IMG/VR virus record: IMGVR_UViG_3300046170_000323
DNA from: a virus
Lineage: Duplodnaviria > Caudoviricetes
DNA length: 64,000 nucleotides
Reading direction: 5' to 3' (one strand)
Under the pieces are notes generated by a model. That model did not search any database. It saw nothing but the letters and a program-made list of their open reading frames with translations, and was not told where the DNA came from. The position numbers were made by a program, and so were the translations under genes. How positions within the stretch are numbered: the first letter of the stretch is position 1; each line of letters begins with the position of its first letter. Below are positions 47,267 to 57,708 of the stretch, piece after piece.

Positions 47267-48682
47267 ATGAAAATTAAAACTGAAAAAGAAAAACCAGATC
47301 TTATCGCTCTGAAAGATCATGATGCTGATGCGTATGCGTCTACTCCTCATGATTACTTCAAGAAGGGTGAACCTGATCTGAACTATATGTTAGATGAAGT
47401 CATCAAAGATAAAGGTGATTTCTTCTGCTCCCAGCCTTGGGTTCATATGTACATGCCAACATATGGATTCCAGCATATTTGTTGTAATACAAGTATGAGT
47501 GTGAAGAAACATATTTCCCAAGCAACCTTTGAAGAACTTTACAACGAACCAGAGTTCACCAAACTTCGTGAAGAGATGGTTGGTGGCCACAAGGATCGTG
47601 AAAGAACTCTGAAGACGTGTGTTAGATGTATTCAAACAGAACATCGTGGGTTTCCTTCCCTGCGAGAGTCCTATAATAGATCTGCAAACAGAAACACCCA
47701 AACAAAAGACGAGATGGGTAAACTCGTTAGTAAAGTCAAAGAAACTGGCGATGGGAATATTGGGCTACCAGAAAAACTTCACACGGTTGAACTCAAAGTG
47801 TGGGGAAACTATTGTAACCTTCAGTGTCTAATGTGTTCTGTAGAGGACTCGTCTTCTGTTGCAGAAGAACAGATGGCACTGGGTGAGATAGATGCAAAGG
47901 GTATTAAAGAACGTGTAACATTGCGTACAGGTATTGAACCACCCTTTACCCCACCTTTGATTCGATATCAAGACAACTACATCGATGAAGATCAGTACTG
48001 GGGCATTATTGATCGTGCAGTACGTATCAAACTTATCGGTGGAGAAACTTTCCTTCAAAAACAAAATATTCAATTGTTAGAACATCTTGTCAAAACAGGC
48101 AAGGCGAAGGATAAAGAACTTATCATCTTCACAAACAACTATGGATATCCACGTATGGAATACGTGCGAGACCTTCTACGCAACTTCAAATCAATTGCGT
48201 ACAAATGTTCTATGGAGTTATGGGGTGAGAAGAATGATTACATTCGTTACCCATCAAAGTGGGATGAAGTACATCGTAACATGAAAATGATGGCGAAGAT
48301 CCCTCAGTTACAAGTGTTGCCAACTTGCACACTAAATCCAATAACAATAGGATATGTACATGAGATCATCGATGGGGCGGCACAGTTCTCAGATGTCATG
48401 CCAAACTTCTCATCTGTATCAAGACCAAAATGGTTTACTGCACACTGTATTCCAGATGATGTCGTGGATTTCTATCTGGACAGATATTATAGTCTACCGT
48501 ACGAGATGATTCACCTTTGCACAAAGGCGATTGAAACTCTGGAACAACGTGATTTCAAAGAAGACAAGTACAAGAAGATGATCAACCATATCACACGTAG
48601 AGATAAACATCGTAATGATAACATCTTGAATTTCTTTCCAGAGTGGAAAAACCATTTCAAGGATCCTTATTATGATAATTGA
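47267..48682 (+). CDS. Radical SAM protein with an N-terminal SPASM/twitch domain
   Basis: C..PWVH......ICC, C..C, CNLQCLMC, GGETF, YIRYPSKW. Confidence 0.9.
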   Translation: MKIKTEKEKPDLIALKDHDADAYASTPHDYFKKGEPDLNYMLDEVIKDKGDFFCSQPWVHMYMPTYGFQHICCNTSMSVKKHISQATFEELYNEPEFTKLREEMVGGHKDRERTLKTCVRCIQTEHRGFPSLRESYNRSANRNTQTKDEMGKLVSKVKETGDGNIGLPEKLHTVELKVWGNYCNLQCLMCSVEDSSSVAEEQMALGEIDAKGIKERVTLRTGIEPPFTPPLIRYQDNYIDEDQYWGIIDRAVRIKLIGGETFLQKQNIQLLEHLVKTGKAKDKELIIFTNNYGYPRMEYVRDLLRNFKSIAYKCSMELWGEKNDYIRYPSKWDEVHRNMKMMAKIPQLQVLPTCTLNPITIGYVHEIIDGAAQFSDVMPNFSSVSRPKWFTAHCIPDDVVDFYLDRYYSLPYEMIHLCTKAIETLEQRDFKEDKYKKMINHITRRDKHRNDNILNFFPEWKNHFKDPYYDN

Positions 48683-49715
48683 TAATCAGTTCAATTTAAA
48701 AAAGATGGACTCTGAGATTACCAATAGATGTAATGCTGCATGTACATTGTGTCCACGTACGGGCACATATCCAGGCGGGTTGGGTAAAGAAGTTTATAAC
48801 TCAGGCCCATTGGATATATCTCTGGATGTGATAGAAGAATGTCTTGGTTGGCCAATTAAGAAGTGGCAGTATTGTGGTAACTACGGTGATCCGATGGCCC
48901 ATCCAAAGGTGTTTGACATTGCAGAGATGGTATCCAAATCTACAGTAGATGCACAACAGTTCGACACAAATGGTTCTATGAGATCCACTCAATTCTGGAA
49001 AGAGTTGGGTGGACTTCCTAATAATATGATAGTGAACTTTGCACTTGATGGACTGAGTGATACAAACCACATCTACAGAACCAACACCAACTTCGAAAAG
49101 ATCATTGAAAATGCAAAAGCATTCATGGCAGGTGGTGGTATTGCACGTTGGATCTTTATTGTTTTCAACCACAATGAACACCAAGTAGAAGAAGCCAGAG
49201 ACATGGCAAGGAAACTTGGGTTTGATAACTTTGCTTTCAAAAAGACTTCTAGACAACTAGAAAAAGGTTCGACAACTGCAAAGAAAGAATATAAGAAGTC
49301 GTCAAAGTCTGAGACAGTCACCAAATCAGTAACTGCAACTAAGAGACCAGAGTTCCAAGCGGATACGATCAAGAGAGGTGTTGTTGAACATGTTGTCTCT
49401 TGTAAGGCACTTGGACAGAAGAAAATGTATGTGACTCCAAAGGGACAATTGATTCCCTGTTGTCACGTTCACCAAGATCTCTTTAAGAACGAATACAATC
49501 CAGAATTCCGTAGTAAGAACGATGAGATGAACTTCACAACTTGGCTGGATGAAAACAACGTCAAGTACGATCTCAATAAGTATACCATATTTGAAGTGAT
49601 GAAGTCTTACAGAGAAAACCTTGACTCGATTGAAGACAGGTGGTTTAGAAGATCTTTACGTTCTTGTAATAAAAAGTGTGGGAGCAATCTAAGAAATGAA
49701 GTCGTTAATTATTGA
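48672..49715 (+). CDS. Radical SAM protein with a C-terminal SPASM/twitch domain
   Basis: CNAACTLC, GNYGDP, TNGS, FALDGL, C...KMYVTPKGQLIPCCH, C..KC. Confidence 0.92.
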   Translation: MIIDNQFNLKKMDSEITNRCNAACTLCPRTGTYPGGLGKEVYNSGPLDISLDVIEECLGWPIKKWQYCGNYGDPMAHPKVFDIAEMVSKSTVDAQQFDTNGSMRSTQFWKELGGLPNNMIVNFALDGLSDTNHIYRTNTNFEKIIENAKAFMAGGGIARWIFIVFNHNEHQVEEARDMARKLGFDNFAFKKTSRQLEKGSTTAKKEYKKSSKSETVTKSVTATKRPEFQADTIKRGVVEHVVSCKALGQKKMYVTPKGQLIPCCHVHQDLFKNEYNPEFRSKNDEMNFTTWLDENNVKYDLNKYTIFEVMKSYRENLDSIEDRWFRRSLRSCNKKCGSNLRNEVVNY

Positions 49716-49809
49716 CTATTATTATAATATCAAAACATATTTTGTGGGTTGGTATTATAAAGTATCTAAGAAAGAAACTGATGATGAATTTATTTACGAG
49801 GATGATTAA
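49696..49809 (+). CDS. Small Tyr-rich peptide (37 aa)
   Basis: MKSLIIDYYYNIKTYFVGWYYKVSKKETDDEFIYEDD*; fills the gap exactly, and its TAA overlaps the next ATG (TAATG). Confidence 0.6.
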   Translation: MKSLIIDYYYNIKTYFVGWYYKVSKKETDDEFIYEDD

Positions 49810-50526
49810 TGAGTCTTTTTGATCTGATCGAAGAAAAACGTAGACACGTTAGAGAATATATGACAAAGGTGCCTCCAAGGGAAATTGTTGAGGACTGTCT
49901 ATGGAAAGCGTGGAAAACATCTCCTTCTAAAAACAACTTTATGGCATATCGTGTGGACGTTTATGGGCCTGATAAACACGAAGAGAAAGAGATTATCTGG
50001 AACCTTGTTCTGAAGAATCACATTCGTGCAGAAGAACGTGCACAACGAGATGGTAGAATAGAGTTTACTCAGAAGGGTGAACCAAATCCTTTCTACGAAC
50101 ATGTAAAACTCAATCCCTATTTGTTTGTTCTCCACAGTAGAGTGGCAAAGAAAGCGAATAGGTTCTACGCACATCAAATAGAAAGAGGTCACTTTGCAGA
50201 TCAGATGTATCCAGATCTAGTCGAAAGACTGGTGGATTCTGTGGCAGTCGACTGTGGACTATTCTTATCTAACCTTACCGCTGCACTTCTAGGAACACGA
50301 CATAGACGTTTCTTACAATTCTTGTTTCCTCAGAGATCCCGCTATATGGCGTTCTGCCGGACTTGATCATGTTGAGTATCGTCCTATCGTTATGATGAGT
50401 GCAGGGTACGCTGCAAAATATAGACACGAGTGCCTCACTGAATGGAACATGGATGGATGGGATGTTAAACCAGACATCGAAGAAGTTATAAAATGGGTGG
50501 GCGAAGATGTTACTAACACTGGGTGA
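49809..50526 (+). CDS. Nitroreductase-fold protein; +1 frameshift near 50300
   Basis: RRHVREY, AWKTSPSKNNF, VAVDCGLF..NL...LLEHDIDVSYNSC, MSAGY. Confidence 0.75.
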
Positions 50527-51319
50527 TAGTTTTACCGTAAAGAGATATGACGGTGATAAACCTTGGTCTGAACAACTTGCAGAGAAACTGGGTATGGAAT
50601 TACTCAATGTATCTCACGAAGGCGAGTCCAACTCTTATATGTTCCGTAATGCGATATGGGCACTGACAACACAAGACGTTGAACTATGTGTCATATCTCT
50701 GACAAACTGGGACAGGTTTGAACTTCCGTACTCAGACTATGGTCTAAAGGGTTCTGGAATGTACGACAGAACAAAAACATTTAAACCAAAAAACTGTTGG
50801 GATGAAGATAATCCCTATTCAAAGCTTTACATTGCATACTATTCTATGTTATACTACGTAGATACAACCTCTTCGTATATCATTGCGATTGACAACTTGT
50901 GTAAGGCAAAGGGTATTCCTCTGATCTTTACACAACCTCTGTTGCCTTTCAACGTGAGAATCAAGGCGGTTAAAACTGGAGAACTGGACTTTTTGTTTTC
51001 AAAGAATATGAATGCTATGGGTGAAGACTACATTGAAAATATTTCGTTGTTCCGTCATGTTGATAAATCACTATTCTGCATGTTCAAACCAACTGCGCAA
51101 ACAATACTCTTTGGTAAGGAAGATGGTATATCTGAAAAGACTTACGACAACATGTTCAGTTTCTTCACAAGGAACCATCCAGAATATGTGATGGGTTATC
51201 ATAATAAATACATTTATAAAGGTGGACAGGCTTTTAGAAAATCATGGGATGGTCATCCTAATTTGAAAGGTCACCAAATGATATCTGATATTGTTTATGA
51301 TCACTATATGAATATGTAA
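50507..51319 (+). CDS. SGNH/GDSL-family protein (acyltransferase/esterase)
   Basis: LGDSFT, GESN, DGHPNLKGH. Confidence 0.8.
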   Translation: MLLTLGDSFTVKRYDGDKPWSEQLAEKLGMELLNVSHEGESNSYMFRNAIWALTTQDVELCVISLTNWDRFELPYSDYGLKGSGMYDRTKTFKPKNCWDEDNPYSKLYIAYYSMLYYVDTTSSYIIAIDNLCKAKGIPLIFTQPLLPFNVRIKAVKTGELDFLFSKNMNAMGEDYIENISLFRHVDKSLFCMFKPTAQTILFGKEDGISEKTYDNMFSFFTRNHPEYVMGYHNKYIYKGGQAFRKSWDGHPNLKGHQMISDIVYDHYMNM

Positions 51320-51330
51320 AGGAGAACTAC

Positions 51331-52035
51331 ATGTCTGTTGCAACAACGTATGCAGATCGAAATCAAACACGTTACTTTGATCAAAACGAAGTTCCTGATA
51401 AAGAACTAATTGAAAAGTGTCTACTCAAGACTCATGAAATTGTCATGTCAAAACAGAACTTGATGCCGTATCAGTGTCATATTTTTGGCCCTGATGATTA
51501 TGATATCAAAAGACGGTTCTATGAACTGGCAAGTACGGTAGAGTACGCTGATCCTGAGAAGAGACAGTTCTACCGAATGGAGAGATTAGAGAAACATGAA
51601 CGTTTCTTTGATAAACAAAAAAGATTCCCGAATGGTAACAGTCAATTGTTTGCGCCGTGGGTTCTTGTATTCTCACCACGTAAACCAAAACCAAACAAAC
51701 TAGTTCAAGACTATCTTGAAGGTCAACACGAGATGAACTATGAGGACATCAAAAACTATGACAGTGGTGCATCCAAGATGGAGATTGGTATGTTCGCTGC
51801 GTTGTTGGGTGGTGTATGTGTAGATGAGGGTCTGAATGTTAGTTACACTGGGTGTATCAACTCACGTGCATTGGTCGAAGAGTTTACATGGTGTAAGTCA
51901 CAACCTGCAGTGTCAGTAAGTATTGGGTATCCCCATACTGAACTTAATGATCGTTACCTTTATAATAAAGTATTCTTCAAAAACAAAGGTGAAGATAAAC
52001 CTAAGCCGGAAGAAATGTTTCACTGGATGGATTAA
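51331..52035 (+). CDS. Nitroreductase-fold protein
   Basis: RNQTRYF, SKQNLMPY, EIGMFA..L...CVDEGLNVSYTGC, SIGY. Confidence 0.72.
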   Translation: MSVATTYADRNQTRYFDQNEVPDKELIEKCLLKTHEIVMSKQNLMPYQCHIFGPDDYDIKRRFYELASTVEYADPEKRQFYRMERLEKHERFFDKQKRFPNGNSQLFAPWVLVFSPRKPKPNKLVQDYLEGQHEMNYEDIKNYDSGASKMEIGMFAALLGGVCVDEGLNVSYTGCINSRALVEEFTWCKSQPAVSVSIGYPHTELNDRYLYNKVFFKNKGEDKPKPEEMFHWMD

Positions 52036-52037
52036 AA

Positions 52038-53375
52038 ATGTTTGATGTGGTAACTGGAATCTCAGAAGGATTCCATGACGCCTGTAAGACTATTATCAAA
52101 GATGGTAAGATTGTCTATGCAGGTCATGCGGAAAGATATTCTCGCATAAAGAATGATAAACACCTACACCCTGATATGCCTGAGACAGAAGGTGTAACTG
52201 TATTCTATGAAAAACCTTTCCTAAAAAATACCAGAAGATTATATGCAGGTCAGTCTTGGAAGAAACGTGGTAAGTATGACTTCACGATTCCCCATCACTG
52301 GTCACATGCGTCTGCAGCTTATTACACTCGTCCCTTTGCTTTAAAGGAACCAGTCTGCGTTGTTATTGATGCGATTGGTGAGTGGGACACTGCATCTATC
52401 TGGTGGAGAAAGAAAAAGGTTTGGAGTATGAAGTACCCTACATCACTGGGACTTTTCTACTCTGCGATAACACGTCACATTGGACTTAAACCAAATGAAG
52501 ACGAGTTTATCACAATGTGTCTCGCAGCGATGGGTGACAGAAACAAATATGACTTCGATCCCTATCTGTACTATCATAAGGGATATGACTTTGGTAAGGG
52601 TCGTAAAGAAGATATCGCCGCATCCGCCCAAAGAATACTTGAAGACGAAATCCTGAAGATCATGGAGAAAGCACGTTCTTACTCTCCTTATCTTTGTTAT
52701 GGTGGTGGGGTTGCACTAAACTGTGTTGCGAACACAAAGATTAAAAGAATGTTTGATGATATGTGGATCTTCCCAAACCCATCAGATGGTGGCAGTTCTT
52801 TGGGTGCAGCGATATCTGCACTAGAACTTGGCCCGTATAGAACGTTGCAGATTGATAACATGTTCCTTGGTCATGAAATAAAAGGCGAATTAGATGTTGC
52901 CAAAGTGGTACAAAATCTGGTACAATATAAAACATGTGGAGTAGCAAATGGTAAAGCAGAATTTGGCCCTCGTGCTCTTGGTAATCGTTCTCTCTTGGCC
53001 GATCCTAGAGTGGACAATATCAAGGACGTGGTTAATAAGGTTAAAAATAGACAAGGTTATAGACCGTTTTCGCCAGCGATACTAGAAGAATATGCTTCTG
53101 AGTATTTTACTGGCCCTATGAATGAGTACATGCAATATGTCTCTCATGCAGAACATGATTACCAAGGGGTGATGCATGTTGATGGTACGTCTAGAGTCCA
53201 AGTCGTTAAAGACGATGGAAGCAATATGCGTAGAGTCCTAGAAGCGTGGTACGAAAAAACTAAATGCCCTATGTTACTAAACACATCACTTAACATAAAG
53301 GGTAAACCTATCGTGAATAATGAACGAGATGCAAAAGAATTTGAAAAGGTAACAAAGGTTCCAGTAGTAACATGA
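52038..53375 (+). CDS. Carbamoyltransferase (NodU/CmcH/TobZ family)
   Basis: GISEGFHDA, HH.SHA, DAIGE, GGVALNC, EFGPRALGNRS, RPFSP, HVDGTSRVQ, LLNTSLN. Confidence 0.95.
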   Translation: MFDVVTGISEGFHDACKTIIKDGKIVYAGHAERYSRIKNDKHLHPDMPETEGVTVFYEKPFLKNTRRLYAGQSWKKRGKYDFTIPHHWSHASAAYYTRPFALKEPVCVVIDAIGEWDTASIWWRKKKVWSMKYPTSLGLFYSAITRHIGLKPNEDEFITMCLAAMGDRNKYDFDPYLYYHKGYDFGKGRKEDIAASAQRILEDEILKIMEKARSYSPYLCYGGGVALNCVANTKIKRMFDDMWIFPNPSDGGSSLGAAISALELGPYRTLQIDNMFLGHEIKGELDVAKVVQNLVQYKTCGVANGKAEFGPRALGNRSLLADPRVDNIKDVVNKVKNRQGYRPFSPAILEEYASEYFTGPMNEYMQYVSHAEHDYQGVMHVDGTSRVQVVKDDGSNMRRVLEAWYEKTKCPMLLNTSLNIKGKPIVNNERDAKEFEKVTKVPVVT

Positions 53376-54160
53376 TGCACATCTTAACACTAAAGGTTGG
53401 GAAAAAATATAGTTCACAATACGTGAATAAATTATACTTGTCTCTTAAAGACAACTCAACCGCTCCTTTTAAGATGTACTGTTACACAGATGATCCAGAA
53501 GGTCTAATAGAAGACGTAGAAGTAATTTACAATCCGTTCATGAAGTTTCTACTTCAGTGGAACAAGGTGGAGTTTCATTCCGCAGAATTTGGTGACATCC
53601 CACAAGGCGAACATTGTCTTATCATGGATATTGATCAGATTGTCATTGGAGACTTCGATCCAATATTAACTCACCAACTTGAAGAAGGTCAGTTCGGATG
53701 TATGCGTAGATGGTGGTCTAGACTACAGGAAGACTGTCCAATCAACGGTGGATTTCAGATGTTCCGTAAGGGAGACACTGATCACATATGGCAGAAATTT
53801 AATGCAGACTCAGATTTTTGGCAACAATATTATCTGAAGAATGGTCTTGCATTCGGTAAAGTAAATGGTGAACAGAACTTTATTCACCAGTTCGCACAAG
53901 AGAACAGGCATTGGTTTCCAAAAGAATGGTTTGGGAAGTATGACTCTGATCAAATGGAAGTGATACAGAAACAATGGATGGATGAGGTCAATACATTTGA
54001 ACCGTTCTATCTTGGCGACGAGTTTGCTGAATCAGTTAAGTTGGTTCACTTCGCCGCCTCATATAATATGATGCATAAACAAAACCTCTATATTGTTAGA
54101 AAGTATTGGGGTGCAGGGGAATTTGATGCTAAGAGTTATTTGCGTACGCACAGGAAGTAA
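53372..54160 (+). CDS. Glycosyltransferase-like (GT-A) protein
   Basis: LKVGKKYSSQYVNKL, WNKV, MDIDQ, INGG, GEQNFI, KLVHF. Confidence 0.7.
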   Translation: MMHILTLKVGKKYSSQYVNKLYLSLKDNSTAPFKMYCYTDDPEGLIEDVEVIYNPFMKFLLQWNKVEFHSAEFGDIPQGEHCLIMDIDQIVIGDFDPILTHQLEEGQFGCMRRWWSRLQEDCPINGGFQMFRKGDTDHIWQKFNADSDFWQQYYLKNGLAFGKVNGEQNFIHQFAQENRHWFPKEWFGKYDSDQMEVIQKQWMDEVNTFEPFYLGDEFAESVKLVHFAASYNMMHKQNLYIVRKYWGAGEFDAKSYLRTHRK

Positions 54161-54704
54161 GTATGATGAGTGGTATGAACACAACCTAAAACATATGGTT
54201 GACACGTACTCTGGTTTGAAGTATGATGAGTTCGTCTGTATTGATGAAGATCTCTATGATGACGAACGTGGTGTTTTTAACAAACTTCAAATGTTTGATA
54301 AATATAAGGACGGTCAAAACATCTTTTTTGATTTGGACGTTGTAATTAAAGGCGATTGTAATCACTTCTTGAGAGATGAGTTTACATTGTGTCACGCACA
54401 TTGGCGTGAACCATTTCATACTCCTCTGAATAGTTCCATAGTTTCATGGAATGGAGATGCATCTCACGTAACTGAGGCATTTCACAAGGATGAAGAGTAT
54501 TGTCTATTATTTTACAGAAGAGGAATCGATCAGTATATTTTTGAGAATACAAACTACGACATGTACTCAATAGAAGATAAATACGTATCATACCAAACTG
54601 TATTAGAAGAGACTGATGCGCCGGTATACTTATTTAACCAAAGATACAAAAACATGCAGAGAGATAAAGCATGGTTCTCAAAGTATCTATTAGAGAGAAA
54701 GTGA
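54126..54704 (+). CDS. Glycosyltransferase-like (GT-A) protein
   Basis: VRTGSKYDEWY, FNKL, FDLDVV, LNSS, GIDQYI. Confidence 0.7.
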   Translation: MLRVICVRTGSKYDEWYEHNLKHMVDTYSGLKYDEFVCIDEDLYDDERGVFNKLQMFDKYKDGQNIFFDLDVVIKGDCNHFLRDEFTLCHAHWREPFHTPLNSSIVSWNGDASHVTEAFHKDEEYCLLFYRRGIDQYIFENTNYDMYSIEDKYVSYQTVLEETDAPVYLFNQRYKNMQRDKAWFSKYLLERK

Positions 54705-54709
54705 AATAA

Positions 54710-55351
54710 ATGTTTGAGACACTAGTTGTTGCAATCCTGATCGGGATAGTGTGGAGTGAAATCATCTCCCACTTCGGCGCATCTATATTGTTGCACCGAT
54801 ACTACTGTCATAAACAATTCAAAGTCCCTGTCTGGTTTGAATGGGTTGGTTTGTTTATGTTATCTGTGGCGTACATTAGGACGCCTATTGGTTGGATTGC
54901 ATCACATAGAATGCATCACCATCATTCAGATTCAGATAAAGACCCACACAGTGCAAAGCATGTAGGGTTTTGGAAAGTACTATTGACAATCTGGGACATC
55001 CCAAGCATACCAACAAAGTATGCAAAAGATTTGTTTGCAAACCCTAGACTTGTTTTCTTTCACAATCATCACTTAAAAATTCTTATCGCACATAACGTTG
55101 TTGCGTTTCTAATCAGTCCTTACTTCTGGGTGGCATATGCACTTGTTCCATTCATCTTTGCGAAAGTCGGATTTGGTTTATTGAATACAATCGGACATCG
55201 AACTGAGGGAGGCGCAAATGTCCCTTGGTTAAATTTCTTTATTGCTGGAGAAGGGTATCACAAGAATCACCACGAGAATTCCAAACGTGTAAGACTACAC
55301 AAGTGGGATACTGGTGGATGGTTAGCTGAAAAATTATTTGTGAGAGATTAA
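54710..55351 (+). CDS. Membrane fatty-acid (acyl-CoA-type) desaturase
   Basis: His boxes HRYYCH, HRMHH, HKNHH; DPHS. Confidence 0.88.
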   Translation: MFETLVVAILIGIVWSEIISHFGASILLHRYYCHKQFKVPVWFEWVGLFMLSVAYIRTPIGWIASHRMHHHHSDSDKDPHSAKHVGFWKVLLTIWDIPSIPTKYAKDLFANPRLVFFHNHHLKILIAHNVVAFLISPYFWVAYALVPFIFAKVGFGLLNTIGHRTEGGANVPWLNFFIAGEGYHKNHHENSKRVRLHKWDTGGWLAEKLFVRD

Positions 55352-55354
55352 ATT

Positions 55355-57014
55355 ATGAAAATTCAGATGGGATCATTCAGTATCCCAAGAAGTTTGCCTT
55401 ACATCCCCTATAGTTCTGCAGTCTTGGAATCTTATGTTAAGAACAGAGACGATCCACCTGCCTGCGAATTTTTAGAACCCATCTACAAATACGATGACAT
55501 ACCAGATCCAGAATGTGAAATTTTGGGTCTGACTTGTTATGTCTGGTCGCAAGATCACGTCGATCAAATCGCCAAGGATCACAAAGAGAAATATCCGAAC
55601 TGTACAATCATGTATGGTGGCCCGAACATTCCTGTATCTCCCACTGAGTGGTTGAAGTACGAGGGAGAACGTCCTTGGGTGGATGTATTTGTCGCAGGTT
55701 CTGGTGAAGAGATCTTTGTGCAGTTGTTGAAAGAGTACCCAAACTTTACTCAGAAGTGGTATAAACTGGAGAAAGATGTAAAGCGTTACACATACGAAAC
55801 TCCAACACCTTACGTGGATGGCACGTTAGATAAGTTCCTCAAACGGAAAGATGAAAAGTTTGTTGCAGTATTAGAAACCAATCGTGGTTGTCCTTTCAAG
55901 TGTGCGTATTGCGACTGGGGAGATGCGACTGGTGGTAAGGTTTCTAAGTATGATGGAGATGTCAACTACAAGACACTCGACTTGATCATGGATTCAGAAG
56001 CGATGACAGGTATTAAGATCATCGATGCAAACTGGGGAATGTACGAACGTGACCTAGACATGACGAAAGTACATGAGAGATCACAAGAGAGAAGATGTGT
56101 TTGTCAGTTTGTGTGGTACTGCAAAGAACAGTATCAAATATGTACCAGAGATTTCTAAGATCTTCTTCCAAGATAACTTTGCTGCAGAGAGTGGTCACTG
56201 GACTCCTCTGAAGTTAGGTATCCAATCTTGGTCAGAAAAGACACTGGCATATAATGATCGTTCAAACATCAAAACATCTCAGTTGGAATATCTACTTAAT
56301 TACTATAAAGACAATGACATTCCTTACCACAGTGAATTGATCCTTGGTCTGCCTGGCGAAACACCAGAGTCGTGGTTGTACACGTTAGACAAAGATCATG
56401 GACACGGTGTGGAGACTCAAGCGTTCCATGCATTAGAAGCGGTTCCTAATATGCCTCTCTTGTTAGACCATAGAGAAGAGTATGAACTGGAGTTGCATTC
56501 CGCATATGCCCTGAGAGAGAATATCTATTCTGTTCATCCTAAGTTTTATCATAGGAATAGAGACTTGGTGTATGATGACTTCAACGAAAACGTTGATAAA
56601 ACAAAGATTGTTAGAAAAGATCTTATCAATTCATGTTTTTCGTTTTCACATGAAGAACTGTTGACCATGTATGACTATACTTGGTGGATGAATACCTTTA
56701 ACAACACGAAACTATTACCAGACATAAAGAAACCGAGCGAAGACATTCTACGGTTCTTTGATAACTTGGACAAGATGCCTTTCTGGAAATCACGAGTCGA
56801 AGAACATCGTGCGCACTGGAGAGAAGCAATGATCGAAGGAAAGATCCTTAGTGCTGGGTCTTTGCGTTACTGGTTCCACACAATGTTTCGTGCAGACGAA
56901 CTAATGTATGTTGGTGAAAACTTTGAACAGGCACAAGACGAAATGGGAAGAAAGTTCCGTCCGTTCAAAAAATCTTTGAGAGTTTACGATTATGAATATA
57001 CCATTCCTCACTAA
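55355..57014 (+). CDS. B12-binding-type radical SAM protein; +1 frameshift near 56068
   Basis: GLTCYVWS, GGPN, GSGEE, ETNRGCPFKCAYCDWG, DANWG, ELILGLPGET. Confidence 0.88.
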
Positions 57015-57708
57015 ACCTTCTGTTAAGTTCTATTCCGAAGAACCTATCATCACAGAAGAGTATCCTATCTACCCTGCGAAACAATATAAACGCAAATGGG
57101 TAAAGAACTGCGCTAGTGCATTTCAAAAGTACCGTAAGGTTACTGATGGACGTGCATCCGTTATCTCTGCAGTCAAATGTCCTGGCATCCGTAATATTAT
57201 GGAAGAGGGATGGATCGCACAGACGTGGCATGATTTCACTATTGAAACAAAAAGTGACGGATATGAAATATTCTATCCAAATGCGATGAAAGACTTTCTC
57301 AAAAGAATTGAATATAAACATCGTCCCATCGAAGTATTCGATACACGAAAAGGCCCAATGAAAGTTCCCACAGGGCGCAATCACAATCACATATTTAAGA
57401 TTCATATTCCGTATTGTTTCGACATTCCAAATGGATATGAGTTGAGAATATTACCAGTTGCATATGATGACAACCCTCAGTTCACTGCATGTGCAGGTTC
57501 TTGTGAAGGGTTCCAGTCAGAATTTAATATTCATATTTTCTGGCACACTCCAGAAGGTCGTGTAACGATTCCCGCTGGAACGCCTCTTTGTCAGATCGTT
57601 CCCATGCGTAAAGAGAAGATAAAGATAGAGACAGGGATTGCAGATGAACCGACACTCAAAAGGTCGAGGAGAAACCTATTACATAGGAGTAATAAGTTTA
57701 CACTATGA
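56992..57708 (+). CDS. Hypothetical beta-rich protein (DUF6065-like)
   Basis: KCPGI, TIPAGTPLCQIVP. Confidence 0.5.
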   Translation: MNIPFLTKPSVKFYSEEPIITEEYPIYPAKQYKRKWVKNCASAFQKYRKVTDGRASVISAVKCPGIRNIMEEGWIAQTWHDFTIETKSDGYEIFYPNAMKDFLKRIEYKHRPIEVFDTRKGPMKVPTGRNHNHIFKIHIPYCFDIPNGYELRILPVAYDDNPQFTACAGSCEGFQSEFNIHIFWHTPEGRVTIPAGTPLCQIVPMRKEKIKIETGIADEPTLKRSRRNLLHRSNKFTL

